Below, one piece after another: positions 27,101-41,079 of a stretch of DNA of 64,000 bases. The notes under the pieces were generated by a model that saw only the letters and a program-made list of their open reading frames with translations, was not told where the DNA came from and ran no database searches. Both the position numbers and the translations under genes were made by a program. Position 1 is the first letter of the stretch. Every line of letters begins with the position of its first letter. Source of the stretch: Eledone cirrhosa (taxonomy: Eukaryota); contig OZ024742.1 of assembly GCA_964016885.1 (NCBI GenBank), positions 372,930,001-372,994,000 on the forward strand. The letters are read 5' to 3'.

Positions 27101-29199
27101 AATCTCTTTCTATATAAACTGTAAATCTCATTCTATATAAACTGTAAATCTCATTCTATAAATTGTAAATCTCTTTCTATATCAACTGTAAATCTCATTC
27201 TATATAAGCTGTAAATCTCATTCTATTAACTGTAAATCTCTTTCTGTATAAACTGTAAATCTCATTCTATATAAACTGTATATATCATTCTATAAACTGT
27301 AAATCTCAGTCTATAAACTGTAAATCTCTTTCTATATAAACTGTAAATCTCCTTCTATATGAACTGTAAATCTCTTTCTATATAAACTGTAAATCTCATT
27401 CTATGTAAGCTGTAAATCTCATTCTATGAACTGTAAATCTCTTTCTATATAAACTGTAAATCTCATTCTATATAAACTGTAAATCTCATTCTATGAACTG
27501 TAAATCTCTTTCTATATAAGCTGTAAATCTCATTCTATATAAACTGTAAATCTCTTTCTATATAAACTGTAAATATCATTCTATATAAACTGTGAATCTC
27601 ATTCTATATAAACTGTAAATCTCTTTCTATATAAACTGTAAATCTCATTCTATATAAACTGTAAATCTCATTCTATAAACTGTAAATCTCTTTCTATATA
27701 AACTGTAAATCTCATTCTATATAAACTGTAAATCTCTTTCTATATAAACTGTAAATCTCATTCTATATAAACTGTGAATCTCATTCTATATAAACTGTAA
27801 ATCTCTTTCTATATCAAATGTAAATCTCATTCTATATAAACTGTAAATCTCATTCTATATAAACTGTAAATCTCATTCTATAAACTGTAAATCTCTTTCT
27901 ATATAAACCGTAAATCTCATTCTATAGAAGCTGTAAATCTCATTCTATAAACTGTAAATCTCAGTCTATAAACTGTAAATCTCTTTCTATATAAACTGTA
28001 AATCTCTTTCTATATGAACTGTAAATCTCTTTCTATATAAACTGTAAATCTCATTCTATATAAGCTGTAAATCTCATTCTGTGAACTGTAAATCTCTTTC
28101 TATATAAACTGTAAATCTCATTCTACATAAACTGTAAATCTCTTTCTATATAAACTGTAAATCTCATTCTATATAAACTGTATATATCATTCTATAAACT
28201 GTAAATCTCAGTCTATAAACTGTAAATCTCTTTCTATATAAACTGTAAATCTCTTTCTATATGAACTATAAATCTCTTTCTATATAAACTGTAAATCTCA
28301 TTCTATATAAGCTGTAAATCTCATTCGATAAACTGTAAATCTCTTTATATATAAACTGTAAATCTCATTCTATATAAACTGAAAATCTCTTTCTATATAA
28401 ACTGTAAATCTCATTCTATATAAACTGTAAATCTCATTCTATAAACTGTAAATCTCTTTCTATCTAAACTGTAAATCTCATTCTACATAAACTGTAAATC
28501 TCTTTCTATATAAACTGTAAATCTCATTCTATATAAACTGTGAATCTCATTCTATATAAACTGTAAATCTCTTTCTATATAAACTGTAAATCTCATTCTA
28601 TATAAACTGTAAATCTCATTCTATAAATTGTAAATCTCTTTCTATATCAACTGTAAATCTCATTCTATATAAGCTGTAAATCTCATTCTATTAACTGTAA
28701 ATCTCTTTCTATATAAACTGTAAATCTCATTCTATATAAATTGTATATATCATTCTATAAACTGTAAATCTCAATCTATAAACTGTAAATCTCTTTCTAT
28801 ATAAACTGTAAATCTCCTTCTATATGAACTGTAAATCTCATTCTATATAAACTGTAAATCTCATTCTATATAAATTGTAAATCTCATTCTATAAACTGTA
28901 AATCTCTTTCTATATAAACTGTAAATCTCCTTCTATATAAGCTGTAAATCTCATTCTATTAACTGTAAATCTCTTTCTATATAAACTGTAAATCTCATTC
29001 TATATAAACTGTATATATCATTCTATAAACTGTAAATCTCAGTCTATAAACTGTAAATCTCTTTCTATATAAACTGTAAATCTCCTTCTATATGAACTGT
29101 AAATCTCTTTCTATATAAACTGTAAATCTCATTCTATGTAAGCTGTAAATCTCATTCTATGAACTGTAAATCTCTTTCTATATAAACTGTAAATCTCAT

Positions 29200-32100
29200 T
29201 CTATATAAACTGTAAATCTCATTCTATGAACTGTAAATCTCTTTCTATATAAGCTGTAAATCTCATTCTATATAAACTGTAAATCTCTTTCTATATAAAC
29301 TGTAAATATCATTCTATATAAACTGTGAATCTCATTCTATATAAACTGTAAATCTCTTTCTATATAAACTGTAAATCTCATTCTATGTAAACTGTAAATC
29401 TCATTCTATATAAACTGTAAATCTCTTTCTATATAAACTGTAAATCTGATTCTATATAAACTGTAAATCCCATTCTATAAACTGTAAATCTCTTTCTATA
29501 TAAACTGTAAATCTCATTCTATATAAACTGTGAATCTCATTCTATATAAACTGTAAATCTCTTTCTATATCAAATGTAAATCTCATTCTATATAAACTGT
29601 AAATCTCATTCTATATAAACTGTAAGTCTCATTCTATAAACTGTAAATCTCTTTCTATATAAACCGTAAATCTCATTCTATAGAAGCTGTAAATCTCATT
29701 CTATAAACTGTAAATCTCAGTCTATAAACTGTAAATCTCTTTCTCTATAAACTGTAAATCTCTTTCTATATGAACTGTAAATCTCTTTCTATATAAACTG
29801 TAAATCTCATTCTATATAAGCTGTAAATCTCATTCTGTGAACTTTAAATCTCTTTCTATATAAACTGTAAATCTCATTCTACATAAACTGTAAATCTCAT
29901 TCTATAAACTGTAAATCTCTTTCTATATAAACTGTAAATCTCATTCTATATAAACTGTATATATCATTCTATAAACTGTAAATCTCAGTCTATAAACTGT
30001 AAATCTCTTTCTATATAAACTGTAAATCTCTTTCTATATGAACTATAAATCTCTTTCTATATAAACTGTAAATCTCATTCTATATAAGCTGTAAATTTCA
30101 TTCTATGAACTGTAAATCTCTTTCTATATAAACTGTAAATCTCATTCTACATAAACTGTAAATCTCATTCTATAAACTGTAAATCTCTTTCTATATAAAC
30201 TGTAAATCTCATTCTATTTAAACTGTAAATCTCTTTCTATATAAACTGTAAATTTCATTCTATAAAGTGTAAATCTCTTTCTATATAAACTGTAAATCTC
30301 ATTCTATATAAACTGTAAATCTCTTTCTATATAAACTGTAAATCTCTTTCTATATAAACTGTGAATCTCATTCTATATAAACTGTAAATCTCTTTCTATA
30401 TAAACTGTAAATCTCATTCTATATAAACTGTAAATCTCATTCTATAAACTGTAAATCTCTTTCTATATCAACTGTAAATCTCATTCTATATAAGCTGTAA
30501 ATCTCATTCTATTAACTGTAAATCTCTTTCTATATAAACTGTAAATCTCATTCTATATAAATTGTATATATCATTCTATAAACTGTAAATCTCAGTCTAT
30601 AAACTGTAAATCTCTTTCTATATAAACTGTAAATCTCCTTCTATATGAACTGTAAATCTCATTCTATATAAACTGTAAATCTCATTCTATATAAACTGTA
30701 AATCTCATTCTATAAACTGTAAATCTCTTTCTATATAAACTGTAAATCTCCTTCTATATAAGCTGTAAATCTCATTCTATTAACTGTAAATCTCTTTCTA
30801 TATAAACTGTAAATCTCATTCTATATAAACTGTATATATCATTCTATAAACTGTAAATCTCAGTCTATAAACTGTAAATCTCTTTCTATATAAACTGTAA
30901 ACCTCCTTCTATATGAACTGTAAATCTCTTTCTATATAAACTGTAAATCTCATTCTATGTAAGCTGTAAATCTCATTCTATGAACTGTAAATCTCTTTCT
31001 ATATAAACTGTAAATCTCATTCTATATAAACTGTAAATCTCATTCTATGAACTGTAAATCTCTTTCTATATAAGCTGTAAATCTCATTCTATATAAACTG
31101 TAAATCTCTTTCTATATAAACTGTAAATCTCATTCTATATAAACTGTGAATCTCATTCTATATAAACTGTAAATCTCTTTCTATATAAACTGTAAATCTC
31201 ATTCTATGTAAACTGTAAATCTCATTCTATATAAACTGTAAATCTCATTCTATATAAACTGTAAATCTCATTCTATATAAACTGTAAATCTCTTTCTATA
31301 TAAACTGTAAATCTGATTCTATATAAACTGTAAATCCCATTCTATAAACTGTAAATCTCTTTCTATATAACCTGTAAATCTCTTTCTATATAAACTGTAA
31401 ATCTCTGCTATAAACTGTAAATATCATTCTATATAACCTGTAAATCTCTTTCTATATAAACTCTGAATCTGATTCTATATAAACTGTAACTCTCATTTTA
31501 TATAAACTGTGAATCTCATTCTATATAAACTGTATATCTCATTCTATATAAACTGTAAATCTCATTCGATAAACTGTAAATCTCTTTGTATATAAACTGT
31601 AAATCTCATTCTATATAAACTGAAAATCTCTTTCTATATAAACTGTAAATCTCATTCTATATAAACTGTAAATCTCATTCTATAAACTGTAAATCTCTTT
31701 CTATCTAAACTGTAAATCTCATTCTACATAAACTATAAATCTCTTTCTATATAAACTGTAAATCTCATTCTATATAAACTGTAAATCTCTTTCTATATAA
31801 ACTGTAAATTTCATTCTATAAACTGTAAATCTCTTTCTATATAAACTGTAAATCTCATTCTATATAAACTGTAAATCTCTTTCTATATAAACTGTAAATC
31901 TCATTCTATATAAACTGTGAGTCTCATTCTATATAAACTGTAAATCTCTTTCTATATAAACTGTAAATCTCATTCTATATAAACTGTAAATCTCATTCTA
32001 TAAACTGTAAATCTCTTTCTATATCAATTGTAAATCTCATTCTATATAAGCTGTAAATCTCATTCTATTAACTGTAAATCTCTTTCTATATAAACTGTAA

Positions 32101-35100
32101 ATCTCATTCTATATAAATTGTATATATCATTCTATAAACTGTAAATCTCAATCTATAAACTGTAAATCTCTTTCTATATAAACTGTAAATCTCCTTCTAT
32201 ATGAACTGTAAATCTCATTCTATATAAACTGTAAATCTCATTCTATATAAACTGTAAATCTCATTCTATGAACTGTAAATCTCTTTCTATATAAGCTGTA
32301 AATCTCATTCTATATAAACTGTAAATCTCTTTCCATATAAACTGTAAATATCATTCTATATAAACTGTGAATCTCATTCTATATAAACTGTAAATCTCTT
32401 TCTATATAAACTGTAAATCTCATTCTATGTAAACTGTAAATCTCATTCTATATAAACTGTAAATCTCTTTCTATATAAACTGTAAATCTGATTCTATATA
32501 AACTGTAAATCCCATTCTATAAACTGTAAATCTCTTTCTATATAAACTGTAAATCTCATTCTATATAAACTGTGAATCTCATTCTATATAAACTGTAAAT
32601 CTCTTTCTATATCAAATGTAAATCTCATTCTATATAAACTGTAAATCTCATTCTATATAAACTGTAAGTCTCATTCTATAAACTGTAAATCTCTTTCTAT
32701 ATAAACCGTAAATCTCATTCTATAGAAGCTGTAAATCTCATTCTATAAACTGTAAATCTCAGTCTATAAACTGTAAATCTCTTTCTATATAAACTGTAAA
32801 TCTCTTTCTATATGAACTGTAAATCTCTTTCTATATAAACTGTAAATCTCATTCTATATAAGCTGTAAATCTCATTCTGTGAACTTTAAATCTCTTTCTA
32901 TATAAACTGTAAATCTCATTCTACATAAACCGTAAATCTCATTCTATAAACTGTAAATCTCTTTCTATATAAACTGTAAATCTCATTCTATATAAACTGT
33001 ATATATCATTCTATAAACTGTAAATCTCAGTCTATAAACTGTAAATCTCTTTCTATATAAACTGTAAATCTCTTTCTATATGAACTATAAATCTCTTTCT
33101 ATATAAACTGTAAATCTCATTCTATATAAGCTGTAAATCTCATTCTATGAACTGTAAATCTCTTTCTATATAAACTGTAAATCTCATTCTACATAAACTG
33201 TAAATCTCATTCTATAAACTGTAAATCTCTTTCTATATAAACTGTAAATCTCATTCTATTTAAACTGTAAATCTCTTTCTATATAAACTGTAAATTTCAT
33301 TCTATAAAGTGTAAATCTCTTTCTATATAAACTGTAAATCTCATTCTATATAAACTGTAAATCTCTTTCTATATAAACTGTAAATCTCTTTCTATATAAA
33401 CTGTGAATCTCATTCTATATAAACTGTAAATCTCTTTCTATATAAACTGTAAATCTCATTCTATATAAACTGTAAATCTCATTCTATAAACTGTAAATCT
33501 CTTTCTATATCAACTGTAAATCTCATTCTATATAAGCTGTAAATCTCATTCTATTAACTGTAAATCTCTTTCTATATAAACTGTAAATCTCATTCTATAT
33601 AAATTGTATATATCATTCTATAAACTGTAAATCTCAGTCTATAAACTGTAAATCTCTTTCTATATAAACTGTAAATCTCCTTCTATATGAACTGTAAATC
33701 TCATTCTATATAAACTGTAAATCTCATTCTATATAAACTGTAAATCTCATTCTATAAACTGTAAATCTCTTTCTATATAAACTGTAAATCTCCTTCTATA
33801 TAAGCTGTAAATCTCATTCTATTAACTGTAAATCTCTTTCTATATAAACTGTAAATCTCATTCTATATAAACTGTATATATCATTCTATAAACTGTAAAT
33901 CTCAGTCTATAAACTGTAAATCTCTTTCTATATAAACTGTAAACCTCCTTCTATATGAACTGTAAATCTCTTTCTATATAAACTGTAAATCTCATTCTAT
34001 GTAAGCTGTAAATCTCATTCTATGAACTGTAAATCTCTTTCTATATAAACTGTAAATCTCATTCTATATAAACTGTAAATCTCATTCTATGAACTGTAAA
34101 TCTCTTTCTATATAAGCTGTAAATCTCATTCTATATAAACTGTAAATCTCTTTCTATATAAACTGTAAATCTCATTCTATATAAACTGTGAATCTCATTC
34201 TATATAAACTGTAAATCTCTTTCTATATAAACTGTAAATCTCATTCTATGTAAACTGTAAATCTCATTCTATATAAACTGTAAATCTCATTCTATATAAA
34301 CTGTAAATCTCATTCTATATAAACTGTAAATCTCTTTCTATATAAACTGTAAATCTGATTCTATATAAACTGTAAATCCCATTCTATAAACTGTAAATCT
34401 CTTTCTATATAACCTGTAAATCTCTTTCTATATAAACTGTAAATCTCTGCTATAAACTGTAAATATCATTCTATATAACCTGTAAATCTCTTTCTATATA
34501 AACTCTGAATCTGATTCTATATAAACTGTAACTCTCATTTTATATAAACTGTGAATCTCATTCTATATAAACTGTATATCTCATTCTATATAAACTGTAA
34601 ATCTCATTCGATAAACTGTAAATCTCTTTGTATATAAACTGTAAATCTCATTCTATATAAACTGAAAATCTCTTTCTATATAAACTGTAAATCTCATTCT
34701 ATATAAACTGTAAATCTCATTCTATAAACTGTAAATCTCTTTCTATCTAAACTGTAAATCTCATTCTACATAAACTATAAATCTCTTTCTATATAAACTG
34801 TAAATCTCATTCTATATAAACTGTAAATCTCTTTCTATATAAACTGTAAATTTCATTCTATAAACTGTAAATCTCTTTCTATATAAACTGTAAATCTCAT
34901 TCTATATAAACTGTAAATCTCTTTCTATATAAACTGTAAATCTCATTCTATATAAACTGTGAGTCTCATTCTATATAAACTGTAAATCTCTTTCTATATA
35001 AACTGTAAATCTCATTCTATATAAACTGTAAATCTCATTCTATAAACTGTAAATCTCTTTCTATATCAATTGTAAATCTCATTCTATATAAGCTGTAAAT

Positions 35101-38100
35101 CTCATTCTATTAACTGTAAATCTCTTTCTATATAAACTGTAAATCTCATTCTATATAAATTGTATATATCATTCTATAAACTGTAAATCTCAATCTATAA
35201 ACTGTAAATCTCTTTCTATATAAACTGTAAATCTCCTTCTATATGAACTGTAAATCTCATTCTATATAAACTGTAAATCTCATTCTATATAAACTGTAAA
35301 TCTCATTCTATAAACTGTAAATCTCTTTCTATATAAACTGTAAATCTCCTTCTATATAAGCTGTAAATCTCATTCTATTAACTGTAAATCTCTTTCTATA
35401 TAAACTGTAAATCTCATTCTATATAAACTGTATATATCATTCTATAAACTGTAAATCTCAGTCTATAAACTGTAAATCTCTTTCTATATAAACTGTAAAC
35501 CTCCTTCTATATGAACTGTAAATCTCTTTCTATATAAACTGTAAATCTCATTCTATGTAAGCTGTAAATCTCATTCTATGAACTGTAAATCTCTTTCTAT
35601 ATAAACTGTAAATCTCATTCTATATAAACTGTAAATCTCATTCTATGAACTGTAAATCTCTTTCTATATAAGCTGTAAATCTCATTCTATATAAACTGTA
35701 AATCTCTTTCTATATAAACTGTAAATCTCATTCTATATAAACTGTGAATCTCATTCTATATAAACTGTAAATCTCTTTCTATATAAACTGTAAATCTCAT
35801 TCTATGTAAACTGTAAATCTCATTCTATATAAACTGTAAATCTCATTCTATATAAACTGTAAATCTCATTCTATATAAACTGTAAATCTCTTTCTATATA
35901 AACTGTAAATCTGATTCTATATAAACTGTAAATCCCATTCTATAAACTGTAAATCTCTTTCTATATAACCTGTAAATCTCTTTCTATATAAACTGTAAAT
36001 CTCTGCTATAAACTGTAAATATCATTCTATATAACCTGTAAATCTCTTTCTATATAAACTCTGAATCTGATTCTATATAAACTGTAACTCTCATTTTATA
36101 TAAACTGTGAATCTCATTCTATATAAACTGTATATCTCATTCTATATAAACTGTAAATCTCATTCGATAAACTGTAAATCTCTTTGTATATAAACTGTAA
36201 ATCTCATTCTATATAAACTGAAAATCTCTTTCTATATAAACTGTAAATCTCATTCTATATAAACTGTAAATCTCATTCTATAAACTGTAAATCTCTTTCT
36301 ATCTAAACTGTAAATCTCATTCTACATAAACTATAAATCTCTTTCTATATAAACTGTAAATCTCATTCTATATAAACTGTAAATCTCTTTCTATATAAAC
36401 TGTAAATTTCATTCTATAAACTGTAAATCTCTTTCTATATAAACTGTAAATCTGATTCTATATAAACTGTAAATCTCTTTCTATATAAACTGTAAATCTC
36501 ATTCTATATAAACTGTGAGTCTCATTCTATATAAACTGTAAATCTCTTTCTATATAAACTGTAAATCTCATTCTATATAAACTGTAAATCTCATTCTATA
36601 AACTGTAAATCTCTTTCTATATCAATTGTAAATCTCATTCTATATAAGCTGTAAATCTCATTCTATTAACTGTAAATCTCTTTCTATATAAACTGTAAAT
36701 CTCATTCTATATAAATTGTATATATCATTCTATAAACTGTAAATCTCAATCTATAAACTGTAAATCTCTTTCTATATAAACTGTAAATCTCCTTCTATAT
36801 GAACTGTAAATCTCATTCTATATAAACTGTAAATCTCATTCTATATAAACTGTAAATCTCATTCTATGAACTGTAAATCTCTTTCTATATAAGCTGTAAA
36901 TCTCATTCTATATAAACTGTAAATCTCTTTCTATATAAACTGTAAATATCATTCTATATAAACTGTGAATCTCATTCTATATAAACTGTAAATCTCTTTC
37001 TATATAAACTGTAAATCTCATTCTATGTAAACTGTAAATCTCATTCTATATAAACTGTAAATCTCTTTCTATATAAACTGTAAATCTGATTCTATATAAA
37101 CTGTAAATCCCATTCTATAAACTGTAAATCTCTTTCTATATAAACTGTAAATCTCATTCTATATAAACTGTGAATCTCATTCTATATAAACTGTAAATCT
37201 CTTTCTATATCAAATGTAAATCTCATTCTATATAAACTGTAAATCTCATTCTATATAAACTGTAAGTCTCATTCTATAAACTGTAAATCTCTTTCTATAT
37301 AAACCGTAAATCTCATTCTATAGAAGCTGTAAATCTCATTCTATAAACTGTAAATCTCAGTCTATAAACTGTAAATCTCTTTCTATATAAACTGTAAATC
37401 TCTTTCTATATGAACTGTAAATCTCTTTCTATATAAACTGTAAATCTCATTCTATATAAGCTGTAAATCTCATTCTGTGAACTGTAAATCTCTTTCTATA
37501 TAAACTGTAAATCTCATTCTATATAAACTGTATATATCATTCTATAAACTGTAAATCTCAGTCTATAAACTGTAAATCTCTTTCTATATAAACTGTAAAT
37601 CTCTTTCTATATGAACTATAAATCTCTTTCTATATAAACTGTAAATCTCATTCTATATAAGCTGTAAATCTCATTCTATGAACTGTAAATCTCTTTCTAT
37701 ATAAACTGTAAATCTCATTCTACATAAACTGTAAATCTCATTCTATAAACTGTAAATCTCTTTCTATATAAACTGTAAATCTCATTCTATTTAAACTGTA
37801 AATCTCTTTCTATATAAACTGTAAATTTCATTCTATAAAGTGTAAATCTCTTTCTATATAAACTGTAAATCTCATTCTATATAAACTGTAAATCTCTTTC
37901 TATATAAACTGTAAATCTCTTTCTATATAAACTGTGAATCTCATTCTATATAAACTGTAAATCTCTTTCTATATAAACTGTAAATCTCATTCTATATAAA
38001 CTGTAAATCTCATTCTATAAACTGTAAATCTCTTTCTATATCAACTGTAAATCTCATTCTATATAAGCTGTAAATCTCATTCTATTAATTGTAAATCTCT

Positions 38101-39900
38101 TTCTATATAAACTGTAAATCTCATTCTATATAAATTGTATATATCATTCTATAAACTGTAAATCTCAGTCTATAAACTGTAAATCTCTTTCTATATAAAC
38201 TGTAAATCTCCTTCTATATGAACTGTAAATCTCATTCTATATAAACTGTAAATCTCATTCTATATAAACTGTAAATCTCATTCTATAAACTGTAAATCTC
38301 TTTCTATATAAACTGTAAATCTCCTTCTATATAAGCTGTAAATCTCATTCTATTAACTGTAAATCTCTTTCTATATAATCTGTAAATCTCATTCTATATA
38401 AACTGTATATATCATTCTATAAACTGTAAATCTCAGTCTATAAACTGTAAATCTCTTTCTATATAAACTGTAAACCTCCTTCTATATGAACTGTAAATCT
38501 CTTTCTATATAAACTGTAAATCTCATTCTATGTAAGCTGTAAATCTCATTCTATGAACTGTAAATCTCTTTCTATATAAACTGTAAATCTCATTCTATAT
38601 AAACTGTAAATCTCATTCTATGAACTGTAAATCTCTTTCTATATAAGCTGTAAATCTCATTCTATATAAACTGTAAATCTCTTTCTATATAAACTGTAAA
38701 TCTCATTCTATATAAACTGTGAATCTCATTCTATATAAACTGTAAATCTCTTTCTATATAAACTGTAAATCTCATTCTATGTAAACTGTAAATCTCATTC
38801 TATATAAACTGTAAATCTCATTCTATATAAACTGTAAATCTCATTCTATATAAACTGTAAATCTCTTTCTATATAAACTGTAAATCTGATTCTATATAAA
38901 CTGTAAATCCCATTCTATAAACTGTAAATCTCTTTCTATCTAAACTGTAAATCTCATTCTACATAAACTATAAATCTCTTTCTATATAAACTGTAAATCT
39001 CATTCTATATAACCTGTAAATCTCTTTCTATATAAACTGTAAATCTCTTGCTATAAACTGTAAATATCATTCTATATAACCTGTAAATCTCTTTCTATAT
39101 AAACTCTGAATCTGATTCTATATAAACTGTAACTCTCATTTTATATAAACTGTGAATCTCATTCTATATAAACTGTATATCTCATTCTATATAAACTGTA
39201 AATCTCATTCGATAAACTGTAAATCTCTTTGTATATAAACTGTAAATCTCATTCTATATAAACTGAAAATCTCTTTCTATATAAACTGTAAATCTCATTC
39301 TATATAAACTGTAAATCTCATTCTATAAACTGTAAATCTCTTTCTATCTAAACTGTAAATCTCATTCTACATAAACTATAAATCTCTTTCTATATAAACT
39401 GTAAATCTCATTCTATATAAACTGTAAATCTCTTTCTATATAAACTGTAAATTTCATTCTATAAACTGTAAATCTCTTTCTATATAAACTGTAAATCTCA
39501 TTCTATATAAACTGTAAATCTCTTTCTATATAAACTGTAAATCTCATTCTATATAAACTGTGAGTCTCATTCTATATAAACTGTAAATCTCTTTCTATAT
39601 AAACTGTAAATCTCATTCTATATAAACTGTAAATCTCATTCTATAAACTGTAAATCTCTTTCTATATCAATTGTAAATCTCATTCTATATAAGCTGTAAA
39701 TCTCATTCTATTAACTGTAAATCTCTTTCTATATAAACTGTAAATCTCATTCTATATAAATTGTATATATCATTCTATAAACTGTAAATCTCAATCTATA
39801 AACTGTAAATCTCTTTCTATATAAACTGTAAATCTCCTTCTATATGAACTGTAAATCTCATTCTATATAAACTGTAAATCTCATTCTATATAAATTGTAA
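29200..39900. repeat. 3,042-bp higher-order repeat, about 3 copies, with a nested 1,556-bp duplication (boundaries approximate)
   Basis: TGTAAGTC at 29621/32663/37261 (3042, then 4598 = 3042+1556). ACCTCC at 30901/33943/35499/38474. ATCTCTGC at 31401/34443/35999. GTGAG at 31917/34959/36515/39560. Confidence 0.9.
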
Positions 39901-41079
39901 ATCTCATTCTATAAACTGTAAATCTCTTTCTATATAAACTGTAAATCTCCTTCTATATAAGCTGTAAATCTCATTCTATTAACTGTAAATCTCATTCTAT
40001 ATAAACTGTAAATCTCATTCTATATAAACTGTATATATCATTCTATAAACTGTAAATCTCAGTCTATAAACTGTAAATCTCTTTCTATATAAACTGTAAA
40101 TCTCCTTCTATATGAACTGTAAATCTCTTTCTATATAAACTGTAAATCTCATTCTATGTAAGCTGTAAATCTCATTCTATGAACTGTAAATCTCTTTCTA
40201 TATAAACTGTAAATCTCATTCTATATAAACTGTAAATCTCATTCTATGAACTGTAAATCTCTTTCTATATAAGCTGTAAATCTCATTCTATATAAACTGT
40301 AAATCTCTTTCTATATAAACTGTAAATCTCATTCTATATAAACTGTGAATCTCATTCTATATAAACTGTAAATCTCTTTCTATATAAACTGTAAATCTCA
40401 TTCTATGTAAACTGTAAATCTCATTCTATATAAACTGTAAATCTCTTTCTATATAAACTGTAAATCTCATTCTATATAAACTGTAAATCTCTTTCTATAT
40501 AAACTGTAAATCTGATTCTATATAAACTGTAAATCCCATTCTATAAACTGTAAATCTCTTTCTATATAACCTGTAAATCTCTTTCTATATAAACTGTAAA
40601 TCTCTTGCTATAAACTGTAAATATCATTCTATATAACCTGTAAATCTCTTTCTATATAAACTCTGAATCTGATTCTATATAAACTGTAACTCTCATTTTA
40701 TATAAACTGTGAATCTCATTCTATATAAACTGTATATCTCATTCTATATAAACTGTAAATCTCATTCGATAAACTGTAAATCTCTTTATATATAAACTGT
40801 AAATCTCATTCTATATAAACTGAAAATCTCTTTCTATATAAACTGTAAATCTCATTCTATATAAACTGTAAATCTCATTCTATAAACTGTAAATCTCTTT
40901 CTATCTAAACTGTAAATCTCATTCTACATAAACTGTGAATCTCTTTCTATATAAACTGTAAATCTCATTCTATATAAACTGTAAATCTCTTTCTATATAA
41001 ACTGTAAATTTCATTCTATAAACTGTAAATCTCTTTCTATATAAACTGTAAATCTCATTCTATATAAACTGTAAATCTC

